Made by a program: the position numbers and the translations under genes | Shown: positions 1-10,539 of the stretch, one piece after another | Layout: each line of letters opens with the position of its first letter | Position numbering within the stretch: the stretch's first letter is position 1 | The notes under the pieces: generated by a model | Seen by the model: the letters and a program-made list of their open reading frames with translations, nothing else | Told to the model about the DNA's origin: nothing | Database searches by the model: none | From: Bacteroidia bacterium | GTDB lineage: Bacteria > Bacteroidota > Bacteroidia > AKYH767-A > OLB10 | Assembly: GCA_046330075.1 (NCBI GenBank) | Contig: JAXLTL010000011.1 | Span: 27,243-91,242 of the forward strand | Direction of reading: 5' to 3' | Length of the DNA stretch: 64,000 nucleotides

Positions 1-2283
1 ATCTTCATCACCATTTCCAAAATCCCAATGCCAGACGTCAATCACACCATCCTGTGACCAGGATTGATTATTGAAACTGACAAAAAAGTCCTCACACCCT
101 GCAGTATCCGGAGCATCGAATACTGGCTGAGGAGCATACCAGACGCGTGCCGGCAGCGTAGCAGAATCCGCACATCCGCGGTCACTAACGGCCGATAATT
201 GCACAGTGTATGTCCCACCATCAGGATAAACATGTACCGGTTCAAAAGCATTTCCATTGGTATTATCTCCAAAACTCCAGTTCCAGGCTACTATATTTCC
301 AGCGCTGATAGAACTGCTGTTTGAAAACGATGTGGCCAATCCTTCGCAAACAGTATCTGAAGAAAAAATAACTACAGGTAACGGATGAATAGCAACACTT
401 CCGTAAGCTGTATCCCTGCATCCTTTCTGACTGGTCACCATCAGAGTAACCGGATAGACAGCAGATGTGCCATAAAGGTGAGAAGGGTTCTGTACAACAT
501 CTAACGGCGACCCATCACCGAAATTCCACGACCATTGGCTGATCGTATCTCCGGCTGGTATTGTACTGAGGTCATGAAAAACCACAGTTTCGCCCGGACA
601 TGCATTGGCAACTGACAAATCTGCCACCGGAGGCGGATAGATACGGATCGTTGCTGTAGTATCTCCCTTACATCCGTTCGAATCAGTGACCTGGAGGAAA
701 GGATTATAAATTCCGGCAACAGCATATGCAGGGTTAAACACCTGCTGATTTCCGGTCGTTCCGTTGCCGGCCTGCCAGTACCATGCAATAATAGGGAGAG
801 CTGTACCAGCAATGCCACTTAGCTGAACAGGCAAATTTACACAGGCATTGGCAGCGGTTACCGACGGGTGCGGATTTGCATGAATAACCAGGCTACGGGT
901 CACTGAATCCACGCAGCTGTTGCTGCCGGTCACAACGAGGGTTACCGGAAACACGCCTGCTTGCGCGAAAACCAATACAGGATCAGCCGAAGTGGAAGTG
1001 TTACCGGAACCATAGGTCCAGAAGGAAGAAACTATTGTCCCGCCGGCAAGAGTACTCAGGTTCGTAGTGGCGACACCGTTACCTTCGCATTGTGGTGTCA
1101 GCGTACCGAATGCAGCCACCGGCAGTTCCATTACTCCAGCTGGAGCAGTAACTGTATCCATACATCCGGCACTATTCACCACGACCAATGACACCGGATA
1201 ATTCCCGGTTCCGGAATAGAGGTGCACCGGTTGCGTGATACCAAATTCTTCGGGTGAACCATCGCCGAAATTCCAGATCCAGTCAATCAATGATGCGGAA
1301 CCCGGCTGGCTATTATCGTTGAACCGGCTTGTATCACCCGGACAAACAGACGGCACTGTAAATGCAGCAGCAGGAGCAGGAAGAACTACTACCTCGTTGG
1401 TAACCGAAGAAAGGCATCCCCGGTCCGAAGCAGCAGTCAGTTGAACAAAATAAGTTCCCGGTGCAGTAAATACATGCGAAGGACTGGCTTGTAATGTATC
1501 ACGTGATCCATCGCCGAAATCCCATATATAATTGCTGATGGAACCTGAAGATATTGAACTCAGGTTCGGGAAGAGGATTGCGGTATTCTCACAACCGGAA
1601 GGAATAAAAAATGCTGTTTGTGGTACCGGATCGGTTGGGACCGGTTTCTGCACAGTATCCACACATCCGTTTGAAGCAGTTACAACCATTGTGACTGTAT
1701 AAGTACCGGCTGCCGCAAATGCATGCGATGCAGGACTTCCTCCCACGCCAGCTGAAGCATCACCAAAATCCCAGTTCCAGGCTGTCAGTGCTCCGCCGGA
1801 GAAAGTCGAGTTATCAGAGAAGACAGCAGAAACGCCCGGACAAACAGAAGAGAAGTTAAAATCTGCCAGGGGTGCGGCAAGTACCACCGCCTGGCCGTCT
1901 GCCGTATCGGTACAACCATTGGAACCGGTCACGATCAGCTGTACATTATACGTACCCGAAGCCGTGTAAACATGAGACGGATTTTCAACTCCGTTCAGCG
2001 TACTGCCATCACCGAAAGACCAATTCCAGCCGGCAGCAGATCCCACCGCTGTGGTTGACTGGCTGGCAAACTGTGTATATTGTCCGGCACAGGGCTGCGT
2101 AACACTGAAGGCTGCCTGCGGCACCAACTGCACATCCACCGGACCGGTTATCGTATCTACGCAACCGTTAGTAGTTGTTACTATGAGGCTGGTGGTATAC
2201 GAACCTGAAGGCGGGAAAATTATGCGCCGGATTGAAATGCCCGTTACAACTGCACTGCCATCGCCAAAATTCCATTCCCAGGG
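1..2283 (-). CDS. PKD-repeat surface protein, 3' continuation of the 3750-start gene (runs off the window start)
   Basis: The minus frame with codon first base = 0 mod 3 carries in-frame W-x-W-x-F-G-D-G PKD signatures about every 250 nt, checked at first bases 27, 279, 528, 1281, 1524, 1773, 2022 and 2280. It is absent from the ORF track because it has no stop inside the window. Confidence 0.75.
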
Positions 2284-2436
2284 AAGCAACAGAAGTTCCC
2301 GATAAAAGAGAAGTATCTGCAAACGAAATAAGGCTGCTGACACAGGCAGAGAGATAGCTGAATCCGGCCACCGGGCCCGGCAGGGTATTAATATTCGTAA
2401 CTACGGTATCACGGCATCCGACAGAGTCGACCACAC

Positions 2437-3750
2437 TCAGTGTGACAGCATAGGTACCCGGTAATTGATAAATATGAGCAGGATTGGCAAGTATGTATCG
2501 GCCGGACTCCCGTCACCGAAATCCCAGTTCCAGTGCACAATGGGTCCATTCAGTGAAGAACTGTTGTCCGTAAACAATGTCTGTGCTCCGGGACATACTG
2601 CAGTTTCTGAGAAGGCTGACAGCGGAGGCGGATCAATGGTGATGGACTGAGTAATCGTATCTTTACAACCACCCATATTCGTTACCGTTAGTGTCACATC
2701 ATACGTTCCGGGTGTAGTGAAATTATGAACCGGATTTTGTGAAGCAGCATGGGTACCATCACCAAAATCCCAGTCCCAGACGGTGATAGGTGTGCCTGTT
2801 ACTACTACAGAGGAATCATAAAACTGAGCAGCATTCTGGCAGGCCAGGCCCTCTCCGAACGATGAAGCGATGACAGTAGGCGTGAGCACTGCGGTAAGCG
2901 TCATGGTACATCCGGTTACCGATGTCATGGTACATTGATACTGACTGCCAACCACGGCATTCTGAATGGTAATTGACTGCGTTGTTTCTCCGGTACTCCA
3001 GAGATAAGCTGTGAAACCAACAGGCGCAGTAAGAATGGTAGCGCTGAAACCATTGCAGAAATCACTCAGGATTCTCAATGGACTACAATAGCAATCCACG
3101 TAGGCATAACCAAAATGTCCTCCCAGTGCACAGTCGCCGGTAGAAAATTCAATGGTAACCGTTTGTCCGATATAGGGAGAGAGATCGATCCCTACTGTGG
3201 TCCAGTCTTTATAGTGAATCGTACTTCCGAACTGATTGGTGATGGTCACAAAACCGGGGATACCCGCACTGGCCACCACATTGTAGGTACCACAGCCTAC
3301 GGGTAAACCATTGGCGTCATACACTTTGATTTCGAACCGGGGTTGTTCCGCCACGGTGTGGCTGGGGTCTTCGAGTACAACAGCATACCGGTAAATGAAC
3401 AGTGCATTGCCTGGGTCTACCTGAATCTGATACGACAATTGCTCAGCTTCCGCCCCAACCTGATCATTGCCCAGTCGCGCAGAAAACAGGCCACCGGGTG
3501 CCACAACCGTTAAAGCCCCGTTGGTGTTGGGATCAGTACCAGGTCCTGTCATGATAGTATGCCTTCCAGGTACAATTCCCGGAGTAATGGAATTGATTGG
3601 GCAACAGATTCCGGTAGTACCGGTCCAGTTCGCAAAAGAGCCCTGCTCAAAGTCGGCATTGGCACAACTGCTCAGCTGCGCAAATGACGGCATCTCCGAC
3701 AGGAACATCAGGAACCATACTAATTTACCGACTACCCAAAATCTATTCAT
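2437..3750 (-). CDS. secreted PKD-domain protein, N-terminal fragment, interrupted by a frameshift
   Basis: Signal peptide MNRFWVVGKLVWFLMFLSEMPSFAQ. A Cys-containing N-terminal domain (NADFEQGSFANWTG...GDCALGGHFGYAYVDCYC) is followed by PKD repeats (WDWDFGDGTHAASQNPVHNFTTPGTYDVTLTV). The stop at 2437 falls inside a PKD repeat. Confidence 0.8.
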   Translation of the reverse strand: MNRFWVVGKLVWFLMFLSEMPSFAQLSSCANADFEQGSFANWTGTTGICCPINSITPGIVPGRHTIMTGPGTDPNTNGALTVVAPGGLFSARLGNDQVGAEAEQLSYQIQVDPGNALFIYRYAVVLEDPSHTVAEQPRFEIKVYDANGLPVGCGTYNVVASAGIPGFVTITNQFGSTIHYKDWTTVGIDLSPYIGQTVTIEFSTGDCALGGHFGYAYVDCYCSPLRILSDFCNGFSATILTAPVGFTAYLWSTGETTQSITIQNAVVGSQYQCTMTSVTGCTMTLTAVLTPTVIASSFGEGLACQNAAQFYDSSVVVTGTPITVWDWDFGDGTHAASQNPVHNFTTPGTYDVTLTVTNMGGCKDTITQSITIDPPPLSAFSETAVCPGAQTLFTDNSSSLNGPIVHWNWDFGDGSPADTYLPILLIFINYRVPMLSH

Positions 3751-3996
3751 TTGTATTCAAAAATCCGCCATGTACCTGACACCTGCAATATAATCTCTCC
3801 CAACGGGAAGATAAGGGGTCTTTAACCGGATTCTTACAATTTTAATCAGAATATACTGCATTTCCCCTGTAGAAACCCTGAAATCTTACATATTCACCTT
3901 GATTTTCAGTATCTGCATCTTCCCTCGATAGAAAACAGTAAAAATACTGGCCGTGAAGGACCGTTTTCAGTTGAAAAATGGTTCATATACAAACAA

Positions 3997-4024
3997 GAAG
4001 GCCTCCCGTTTGAGAGAGGCCTTC
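3997..4024 (-). terminator. rho-independent terminator candidate downstream of 4043..7192
   Basis: gaaggcctc / gaggccttc stem with a 10-nt loop, followed on the minus strand by ttgtttgtat. Confidence 0.6.
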
Positions 4025-4042
4025 GCTGTGTTTTAAAAAGTA

Positions 4043-7000
4043 TTAATTGATACGGATAAATCGGCGAACGACTGTTCCATCCTGGCTCTGCATCCTGACA
4101 CAATAAGTGCCGGAAGAAAGTTCAGTGGTATTCATGGTTACCCGTTGTGATTCCATACCCGAAGATTGAACGGGAGCGGTCCATACAAGATTACCCATGA
4201 TATCAAACACCTTAATGGTGACTTCTGATCTTTTTGAAGACTTGAACACAATGGTCGCTTCATCGTGCACAGGGTTCGGATAAATCATCAGATCTCCCGC
4301 TTCCTGTAGTGTTGCCTGACTGATACCAGTTGTATTGAAGGGTGTTGCTTCCACTTTGAAGAAGCCCATGGATGTTCCTGCGAGTACTGAACCGAAGGCA
4401 AGATCCGGAACGAGTTCGCCGGGAAGGCCACGATAGATGTACATCACAGAATCCGTTGCTGCATCATACACAAGAATGTCACGGCGGATAGCCATATAGA
4501 CGGAATCAGGATAAGTCTGATTAATACAAACGGAAGTGAATGCGCCTTCACCACCGGCATTGACCGCAGAGAATGTGGATCCGCCATTGGTTGATTTCAC
4601 AAAAGCATAATCGAGATTGGAACCACAGGCCAGATAAAGTGTATCTGTACCGCGTGGATCCACTGCAACATCATAAATCGGCAACTGTGAAACTGAAGGA
4701 TTGTTGGAAGCTGTAGGACCGTAGGTCACCATGGTCCATGTTGCACCATCGTCGGTTGATTTCCACAATGTGCCGGGATCCGCCATACTTCCGGAGAGAC
4801 CGGTACCGCAGTAAATCACATTATTTCCATTGACCGATCCTTTGGCAAGCGAATTACCACAGGTAAATCCGGTTGGAGAAACTTTTGTCCAGGTAGTACC
4901 ACCATCTGTAGTTCTCCAGATGTTTCCTTTACCGGATGCACTCTGATTATCTCCTCCGGTAACAGCCAGTACAGTGGTGGTGTTCACGAAGAGAATATCG
5001 TTGACAGCTGGGTCAGCACCGGCGGCATTCCAGCCTGCAGGTTGCACATTTGCGAATCCTGATACACCAGTTGTCGTTAAGGCGAAACCGTTAGAATATC
5101 CTGCAATGACATGCAGACTGTCTTCCGGATCAATAGCAACAGCAGAAATACCAGCATCGTCGCCTACATTGGGAACCGGAAACTGACCGTACGGAGTATT
5201 CCATTTATCATAACCGGCTACAGCCGTATTGGTGTAAGCGGTAGTATAGGCCAGCCCGGCACGTGTAGCCAGATAGAAGACGCTCTTCGAAGCGGTACGT
5301 GAAATTTTCTTGATAGTCACTGCTTCCAGACCGTAGTTCGGAGCAATTGAATAAGGACCTGCAGGGCCGGTAGTACTGACTACTACTCCACGGCCCATCG
5401 TACCAACTACAATATTAGGAGTGGTAGGATGAACTGCGCCGCCGTTATTTTGGAGACCAATAGTTGTCCAGTTATCTCCCATATCCATAGACATGGCTAC
5501 ACCCGGAATGATCATGATCATACCATTACTCAACGGCATGGAGCTGACCCAGTCGGGACTATAATCCACATCGCTCAGCATGAAATTGGTAGCCGGTGCA
5601 GTCAACTGCGTCCAGGAGGTACCACCATTCAGTGAACGATAGATCTGTCCGCCGCCGGAAACGAAGAAGAGCGTATCAGCATTCGCCTGATTCGGATGGG
5701 TGAAGATGGAAGTAGCACCGGTTACACCCATTGGCAAGGTGATACGGGTAAATGTAGTACCGTCGTAACGGTAAATATCACATGGATTATTTCCAAACTG
5801 ACCTGTTGAATCAACAAGGATATAGTACGGATAGCCGTTACTGTTATTACCGGCAGCAATTCCTTTTACCGTTGCATTGGAATTCATCCCGGCAATAGCA
5901 GCAGTAATATCCACTACATCGGTTGAAGGATTAACCGGTCCGGCGTTGCTCACCTTCACTATACGTTTACCCATGAGGCAGAACATATAATAGTCGGTAA
6001 GTGTCATGCCTGATACATTACCCATACCCTGAAAGCCGAGCTGATTCATCATCCAGCCATCCATCGCAGTTGTCCATGTAGTTCCGCCGTCATAAGAGAT
6101 CACGAGAGCGTTAAGCGTACCGGCTTCCTGTGAAGTCTGTACAGCAACCCAGTTATTCTGGTTGGTGAGCACGCGAACTGCACGACCACCCCAGCCACGA
6201 CCACAGCCGTATTCGAGAGAGTCATCCGGAAATGCACGCGACCATGTTTTGCAGGTATCGTCGGTATAGAAGAGCGAAGCAGGAGAAGAAATCGCGGCAA
6301 ACAGACGGCGATTGGTATAGTTGAAGGTTAAGTCGAGCGAAGAGCCGCCATAAAGACCCATGTTGGTACGTGCGCCTGCGGTGCTGGTGGGAGGACATCC
6401 GCCTCCGGGACCACCGCCTGATCCGCCATTAGCGTTAATGTTGGATGAATTGGCATTTGGTAAACCTGCTGCTGATGCCTGTAATACATATGCGCCCGCC
6501 ATGTCAACGGTTACATTATTGAAAACAGCAACACCTTTGTTGGCATTTGCACTCAGTGTTCCACCCACATTGCCCGGACCTGCCATTTTTGTGATGGTGA
6601 TTAATCCGGTGTAAGTAGTGTCGGTACAGTTACCTGCGTTCATGGCACTTACTTCCACATTAAAAGGACCATTTACGCCCACATTCTGCGGGTAATTCGT
6701 GAACATCAATCCAACAGAAGGACCGCCACCAGTGCAAGGTCCGCTTCCGGGGCCGCCCGGATTCCCGAACGTTGTATCAAACATAATCTGACAATTCAAA
6801 GCCGGTAAAGTACCTCCTCCAAATGTCACATCATATAAACCAGGTGCAGTCACCGTTATTCCCATGAAAACAGCAAGACCCTTATTAAAGGCCATGTTCA
6901 AATTGCCATTCATGGTACCGGGACCATTGTTCACGGTCAGCGTGAGCGGACCATTAAAGGTTGTATCAATTTTACCATTCACATCCATCGCACCCACAAA

Positions 7001-7192
7001 GAGTGTATCAGGTTGCAATGCCGATAAGGTATCACCACAATGCGGTGAAAACATCATGACAGCCGGACCAGCAGAACATCCCGGACCCGGAGGCGAGCAG
7101 GGATCAAAACCCTGTGAGAAGGAAGTGAATGTCGAAAGGAGAAAAGCGAAAAACACTGCCACGTGTTGAATTAAGCGTTTTTGTATTCTCAT
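4043..7192 (-). CDS. secreted BNR/Asp-box repeat protein with T9SS type-A C-terminal sorting domain
   Basis: Signal peptide MRIQKRLIQHVAVFFAFLLSTFTSFSQG. Asp-box motifs SYDGGTTWT, SLNGGTSWT, TTDGGTTWT, STDDGATWT, STNGGSTFS. C-terminus IYPNPVHDEATIVFKS...GTYCVRMQSQDGTVVRRFIRIN is typical of Por_Secre_tail. Confidence 0.85.
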   Translation of the reverse strand: MRIQKRLIQHVAVFFAFLLSTFTSFSQGFDPCSPPGPGCSAGPAVMMFSPHCGDTLSALQPDTLFVGAMDVNGKIDTTFNGPLTLTVNNGPGTMNGNLNMAFNKGLAVFMGITVTAPGLYDVTFGGGTLPALNCQIMFDTTFGNPGGPGSGPCTGGGPSVGLMFTNYPQNVGVNGPFNVEVSAMNAGNCTDTTYTGLITITKMAGPGNVGGTLSANANKGVAVFNNVTVDMAGAYVLQASAAGLPNANSSNINANGGSGGGPGGGCPPTSTAGARTNMGLYGGSSLDLTFNYTNRRLFAAISSPASLFYTDDTCKTWSRAFPDDSLEYGCGRGWGGRAVRVLTNQNNWVAVQTSQEAGTLNALVISYDGGTTWTTAMDGWMMNQLGFQGMGNVSGMTLTDYYMFCLMGKRIVKVSNAGPVNPSTDVVDITAAIAGMNSNATVKGIAAGNNSNGYPYYILVDSTGQFGNNPCDIYRYDGTTFTRITLPMGVTGATSIFTHPNQANADTLFFVSGGGQIYRSLNGGTSWTQLTAPATNFMLSDVDYSPDWVSSMPLSNGMIMIIPGVAMSMDMGDNWTTIGLQNNGGAVHPTTPNIVVGTMGRGVVVSTTGPAGPYSIAPNYGLEAVTIKKISRTASKSVFYLATRAGLAYTTAYTNTAVAGYDKWNTPYGQFPVPNVGDDAGISAVAIDPEDSLHVIAGYSNGFALTTTGVSGFANVQPAGWNAAGADPAVNDILFVNTTTVLAVTGGDNQSASGKGNIWRTTDGGTTWTKVSPTGFTCGNSLAKGSVNGNNVIYCGTGLSGSMADPGTLWKSTDDGATWTMVTYGPTASNNPSVSQLPIYDVAVDPRGTDTLYLACGSNLDYAFVKSTNGGSTFSAVNAGGEGAFTSVCINQTYPDSVYMAIRRDILVYDAATDSVMYIYRGLPGELVPDLAFGSVLAGTSMGFFKVEATPFNTTGISQATLQEAGDLMIYPNPVHDEATIVFKSSKRSEVTIKVFDIMGNLVWTAPVQSSGMESQRVTMNTTELSSGTYCVRMQSQDGTVVRRFIRIN

Positions 7193-7352
7193 ACGTTACC
7201 TGTTTATTGGTTAGATTTTCATGGCTTGTACGCAGGATGTAAGGTTTGGTTTCAAATAGTCTGACTAATAAAACCTTTAACTTATTGTATATCTGAACCT
7301 TAATACCTTGTAACTACCTTCAAAACCCTTGCTTTCAGGGGTTCTTTCTTTG

Positions 7353-7360
7353 TAACTTTG
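7353..7360 (+). promoter_or_regulatory. Bacteroidota sigma-A -7 box (TAnnTTTG)
   Basis: TAACTTTG, 20 nt upstream of the ATG at 7381. Confidence 0.5.
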
Positions 7361-7380
7361 CACCTCAATTTGATCCATTC

Positions 7381-8946
7381 ATGAAAAACGAAGCTATGGT
7401 CGCCAACGACTACCAGGTAAGCGAAATGCTGAAAACCCTGGGCATTGCACAAATCAATCACGGAGCTACAACAGGAACCAGATGGTTTCAAACCAAGGGA
7501 GAAATCATCGAATCTTTTTCTCCGGCTGATGGTTCGCTGATTGGTGCAGTTCAACAGGCGACAACAGAAGATTACGAGCGTATTATTGAAACAGCACAGG
7601 AAGCATTTAAATCCTGGAGAATGGTACCCGCACCAAAGCGCGGAGAAATCGTTCGCCAGATGGGAGATGCACTCCGTGAATACAAAGAACCGCTCGGCAA
7701 ACTGGTTTCGTATGAGATGGGCAAAATTTATCAGGAAGGTCTGGGTGAAGTGCAGGAGATGATCGACATCTGCGACTTTGCAGTAGGGCTATCCCGTCAG
7801 CTGTATGGATTAACCATGCACAGCGAACGCTCACGTCACCGCATGTACGAACAATATCATCCGCTGGGCATAGTTGGCGTTATCTCTGCCTTCAACTTCC
7901 CGGTGGCGGTATGGAGCTGGAACGCTATGCTCGCGCTGGTTTGCGGAGATGTGGTGGTATGGAAACCTTCTTCCAAAGTTCCGCTCTGCGCCATTGCCGT
8001 GCATAAAATCATGGAGAAAGTACTCACCGATAATAATGTACCGGAAGGTGTATTGAGTCTGGTGGTGGCTTCCTCTAAACACGTAGGTGATAATTTCCTC
8101 GCCGACAAACGTGTTCCCCTGATCTCTGCCACCGGCTCTACCCGCATGGGTAAGCGCGTTGGTAAAATTGTTGGAGAGCGTCTCGGACGTTCGCTCCTCG
8201 AACTCGGTGGTAACAACGCCATCATCATCAGCGAAAAAGCAGATTTCGACATGGCGCTGCGCGCGGTACTCTTCGGTTCCGTTGGAACTGCGGGACAACG
8301 CTGCACCTCTACCCGCCGTCTGATCATCCACGACAGCGTATATGATCAGTTCACAGCGAAGCTGAAAGCCGCCTATGAGCATATTCGTATAGGCCATCCG
8401 TTAGATAGTCGTACACTGGTAGGACCACTGATCGACAAAAACGCCGTGAATGACTTCACCAATGCCATTGCCGCTGCCCGCAACGAAGGCGGTAAAGTGC
8501 TGTTCGGAGGAGAAGTGCTGAGCGGAGAAGGTTACGAGAGCGGGACGTATGTAGTGCCTTGTCTGATGGAAGCCGAAAATCATTATCACATCGTGCAGGA
8601 AGAAACCTTCGCGCCGATTCTGTATCTCACGAAATACTCCACCATGGAAGAAGCCATCGCGATTCAGAATGATGTGCCGCAGGGACTCTCCTCTTCTATT
8701 TTCACCCGCGACCTGCAGGAAGCGGAGGCGTTCCTCTCACATGAAGGTTCGGATTGCGGTATCGCCAATGTGAACATCGGTACGTCCGGTGCAGAAATTG
8801 GTGGTGCTTTCGGTGGTGAAAAAGAAACCGGCGGTGGACGCGAATCCGGCAGCGACTCCTGGAAAATTTACATGCGCCGTCAAACCAATACCATCAACTA
8901 CTCCAAAGAACTGCCCCTCGCGCAAGGCATCAAATTCGATGTCTAA
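7381..8946 (+). CDS. aldehyde dehydrogenase, ALDH7 / piperideine-6-carboxylate (alpha-aminoadipic semialdehyde) dehydrogenase type
   Basis: Strong resemblance to ALDH7/antiquitin: GEIVRQMGDALREYKEPLGKLVSYEMGKIYQEGLGEVQEMIDICDFAVGLSRQLYG, FNFPVAVWSWN, ELGGNNA, GQRCTSTRR. Confidence 0.9.
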   Translation: MKNEAMVANDYQVSEMLKTLGIAQINHGATTGTRWFQTKGEIIESFSPADGSLIGAVQQATTEDYERIIETAQEAFKSWRMVPAPKRGEIVRQMGDALREYKEPLGKLVSYEMGKIYQEGLGEVQEMIDICDFAVGLSRQLYGLTMHSERSRHRMYEQYHPLGIVGVISAFNFPVAVWSWNAMLALVCGDVVVWKPSSKVPLCAIAVHKIMEKVLTDNNVPEGVLSLVVASSKHVGDNFLADKRVPLISATGSTRMGKRVGKIVGERLGRSLLELGGNNAIIISEKADFDMALRAVLFGSVGTAGQRCTSTRRLIIHDSVYDQFTAKLKAAYEHIRIGHPLDSRTLVGPLIDKNAVNDFTNAIAAARNEGGKVLFGGEVLSGEGYESGTYVVPCLMEAENHYHIVQEETFAPILYLTKYSTMEEAIAIQNDVPQGLSSSIFTRDLQEAEAFLSHEGSDCGIANVNIGTSGAEIGGAFGGEKETGGGRESGSDSWKIYMRRQTNTINYSKELPLAQGIKFDV

Positions 8947-8970
8947 TTAAACGTTTATTATACGACTAAC

Positions 8971-9011
8971 ATCAGTGGTCCGGCATACCTTTGTCGGGCC
9001 ACTGATTTTTT
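8971..9011 (+). terminator. hairpin plus T-run after the ALDH7-type gene
   Basis: atcagtggtccgg ... cgggccactgat followed by tttttt. Confidence 0.7.
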
Positions 9012-9055
9012 ATGCCCTTTATGATTTAAACTGATTTACATACTTCTCAATTTCT

Positions 9056-9460
9056 ATGAATAATACTAACTACTTACATTCAGACATCACCTCTATTTGC
9101 ATTAACGCTTTCTTCAAGGTTTATAATAATCTGGGGCATGGATTCCTGGAAAAAGTTTACGTTGCAGCTCTTATTTTGGAATTGAAAAAAGCAGGGTTGG
9201 AAGCTATGCGAGAGGTCCCCATAGATGTATTCTACGAGAAAAATAAAATCGGGGTATATTTCTCTGATATCATCGTTAACAGAAAAGTAATCATAGAAGT
9301 AAAAGCAGCGGAAGCCTTAAACCCCGCTCATGAGGCCCAGTTAATTAACTATCTTAAAGCTTCTGAAATAGAAGTCGGTTTATTATTTAATTTTGGAAAG
9401 AAACCCGAAACCATCCGGCGGGTATTAACAGCTGCATATAAAAAACATAAAAAATCTTAA
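9056..9460 (+). CDS. GxxExxY family protein (PD-(D/E)XK-like, the family often found in 23S rRNA intervening sequences)
   Basis: GHGFLEKVY (GxxExxY) motif, ...DIIVNRKVIIEVKA...QLINYLKASEIEVGLLFNFG. Visibly more AT-rich than the flanking genes. Confidence 0.85.
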   Translation: MNNTNYLHSDITSICINAFFKVYNNLGHGFLEKVYVAALILELKKAGLEAMREVPIDVFYEKNKIGVYFSDIIVNRKVIIEVKAAEALNPAHEAQLINYLKASEIEVGLLFNFGKKPETIRRVLTAAYKKHKKS

Positions 9461-9499
9461 TGGTCATAAAAAATCAGTGGCCAAAACGGAAGCGAGCAT

Positions 9500-10507
9500 A
9501 TGCTGAAAATCGACATACATACACATATCATTCCCGAGCATTTACCGAACTTTAAGGAGAAGTACGGCTACGGGGGATTTATTTCACTGGACCATCACAA
9601 GCCCTGCTGCGCGAAGATGATGATCGACGACCGTTTCTTCCGCGAGATACAGGACAACTGCTGGTCGCCGGAAACGCGCATCAAGGAATGCGACCATCAC
9701 CATGTGGACGTACAGGTGCTGAGTACCATTCCCGTGATGTTCAGCTACTGGGCGAAGCCACACGACGCCCTCGACGTCAGCAAATTTCTGAATGATCATA
9801 TCGCCGCTATCGTTCACGCCTATCCGAAAAGATTCATCGGATTGGGCACCATCCCCCTGCAGGCACCGGACCTCGCCATCAAAGAACTCGAACGCTGCAT
9901 GGAGATTGGCTTACGCGGCGTACAGATCGGCTCCCATGTCAACGACTGGAACCTCAACGCACCCGAACTGTTTCCCGTTTTCGAAGCAGCAGAAAAACTC
10001 GGCGCCTCGATCTTCGTACATCCCTGGGACATGATGGCGAAGGAAAAGATGAACAAGTACTGGCTGCCCTGGCTCGTCGGTATGCCTGCGGAGACCTCCC
10101 TCGCTATCTGCTCGATGATCTTCGGTGGTGTGTTTGAACGTCTCCCCAAACTCAAGGTCGCTTTCGCTCACGGTGGCGGCGCCTTCCCCTCCTCCATCGG
10201 ACGCATCGAACACGGCTTCAACGTGCGCCCCGACCTCGTGGCCGTTGACAACAATGTCAACCCACGCGAATACCTCGATCGCTTTTACCTCGACACCCTG
10301 GTACATGATCCCCTCATGCTCGATTTCCTCATGCAGGTAATGGGGCCGAAGCAACTCGCCCTCGGCACCGACTACCCCTTCCCCCTCGGCGAACTCGAAC
10401 CCGGCAAACTGATCGGTTCCATGCCGTATACCGACGAAATCAAAGAACGCCTTCTCAACGGAACCGCTCTCGAATGGCTCGGACTGAAGAAAGAGTTATT
10501 TCTCTGA
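9500..10507 (+). CDS. 2-amino-3-carboxymuconate-6-semialdehyde decarboxylase (ACMSD) family amidohydrolase
   Basis: Near-colinear with animal ACMSD as I recall it: KIDIHTHIIPEHLP...YGYGG...NCWSPETRIKECD...VQVLSTIPVMFSYWAKP...LGTIPLQAPDLAIKELERC...FVHPWDM. Confidence 0.9.
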   Translation: MLKIDIHTHIIPEHLPNFKEKYGYGGFISLDHHKPCCAKMMIDDRFFREIQDNCWSPETRIKECDHHHVDVQVLSTIPVMFSYWAKPHDALDVSKFLNDHIAAIVHAYPKRFIGLGTIPLQAPDLAIKELERCMEIGLRGVQIGSHVNDWNLNAPELFPVFEAAEKLGASIFVHPWDMMAKEKMNKYWLPWLVGMPAETSLAICSMIFGGVFERLPKLKVAFAHGGGAFPSSIGRIEHGFNVRPDLVAVDNNVNPREYLDRFYLDTLVHDPLMLDFLMQVMGPKQLALGTDYPFPLGELEPGKLIGSMPYTDEIKERLLNGTALEWLGLKKELFL

Positions 10508-10539
10508 TGATTTAACTAAATTCGTGAAAATTTTCAGTT

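Noticed and set aside
7831-8397. Long antisense or alternate-frame ORFs inside well-supported genes. Examples: 7831..8397, 7857..8327, 9911..10354, 11461..12006, 12003..12407, 21882..22436, 31260..32192, 38083..38529, 38595..39119, 41353..42069, 46099..46650, 47172..47720, 48876..49679, 51630..52190, 54983..55495.
   Set aside because: These are shadow ORFs opposite or overlapping genes with clear family signatures. Their composition is biased, no motifs were recognised, and they have no independent start or promoter context.
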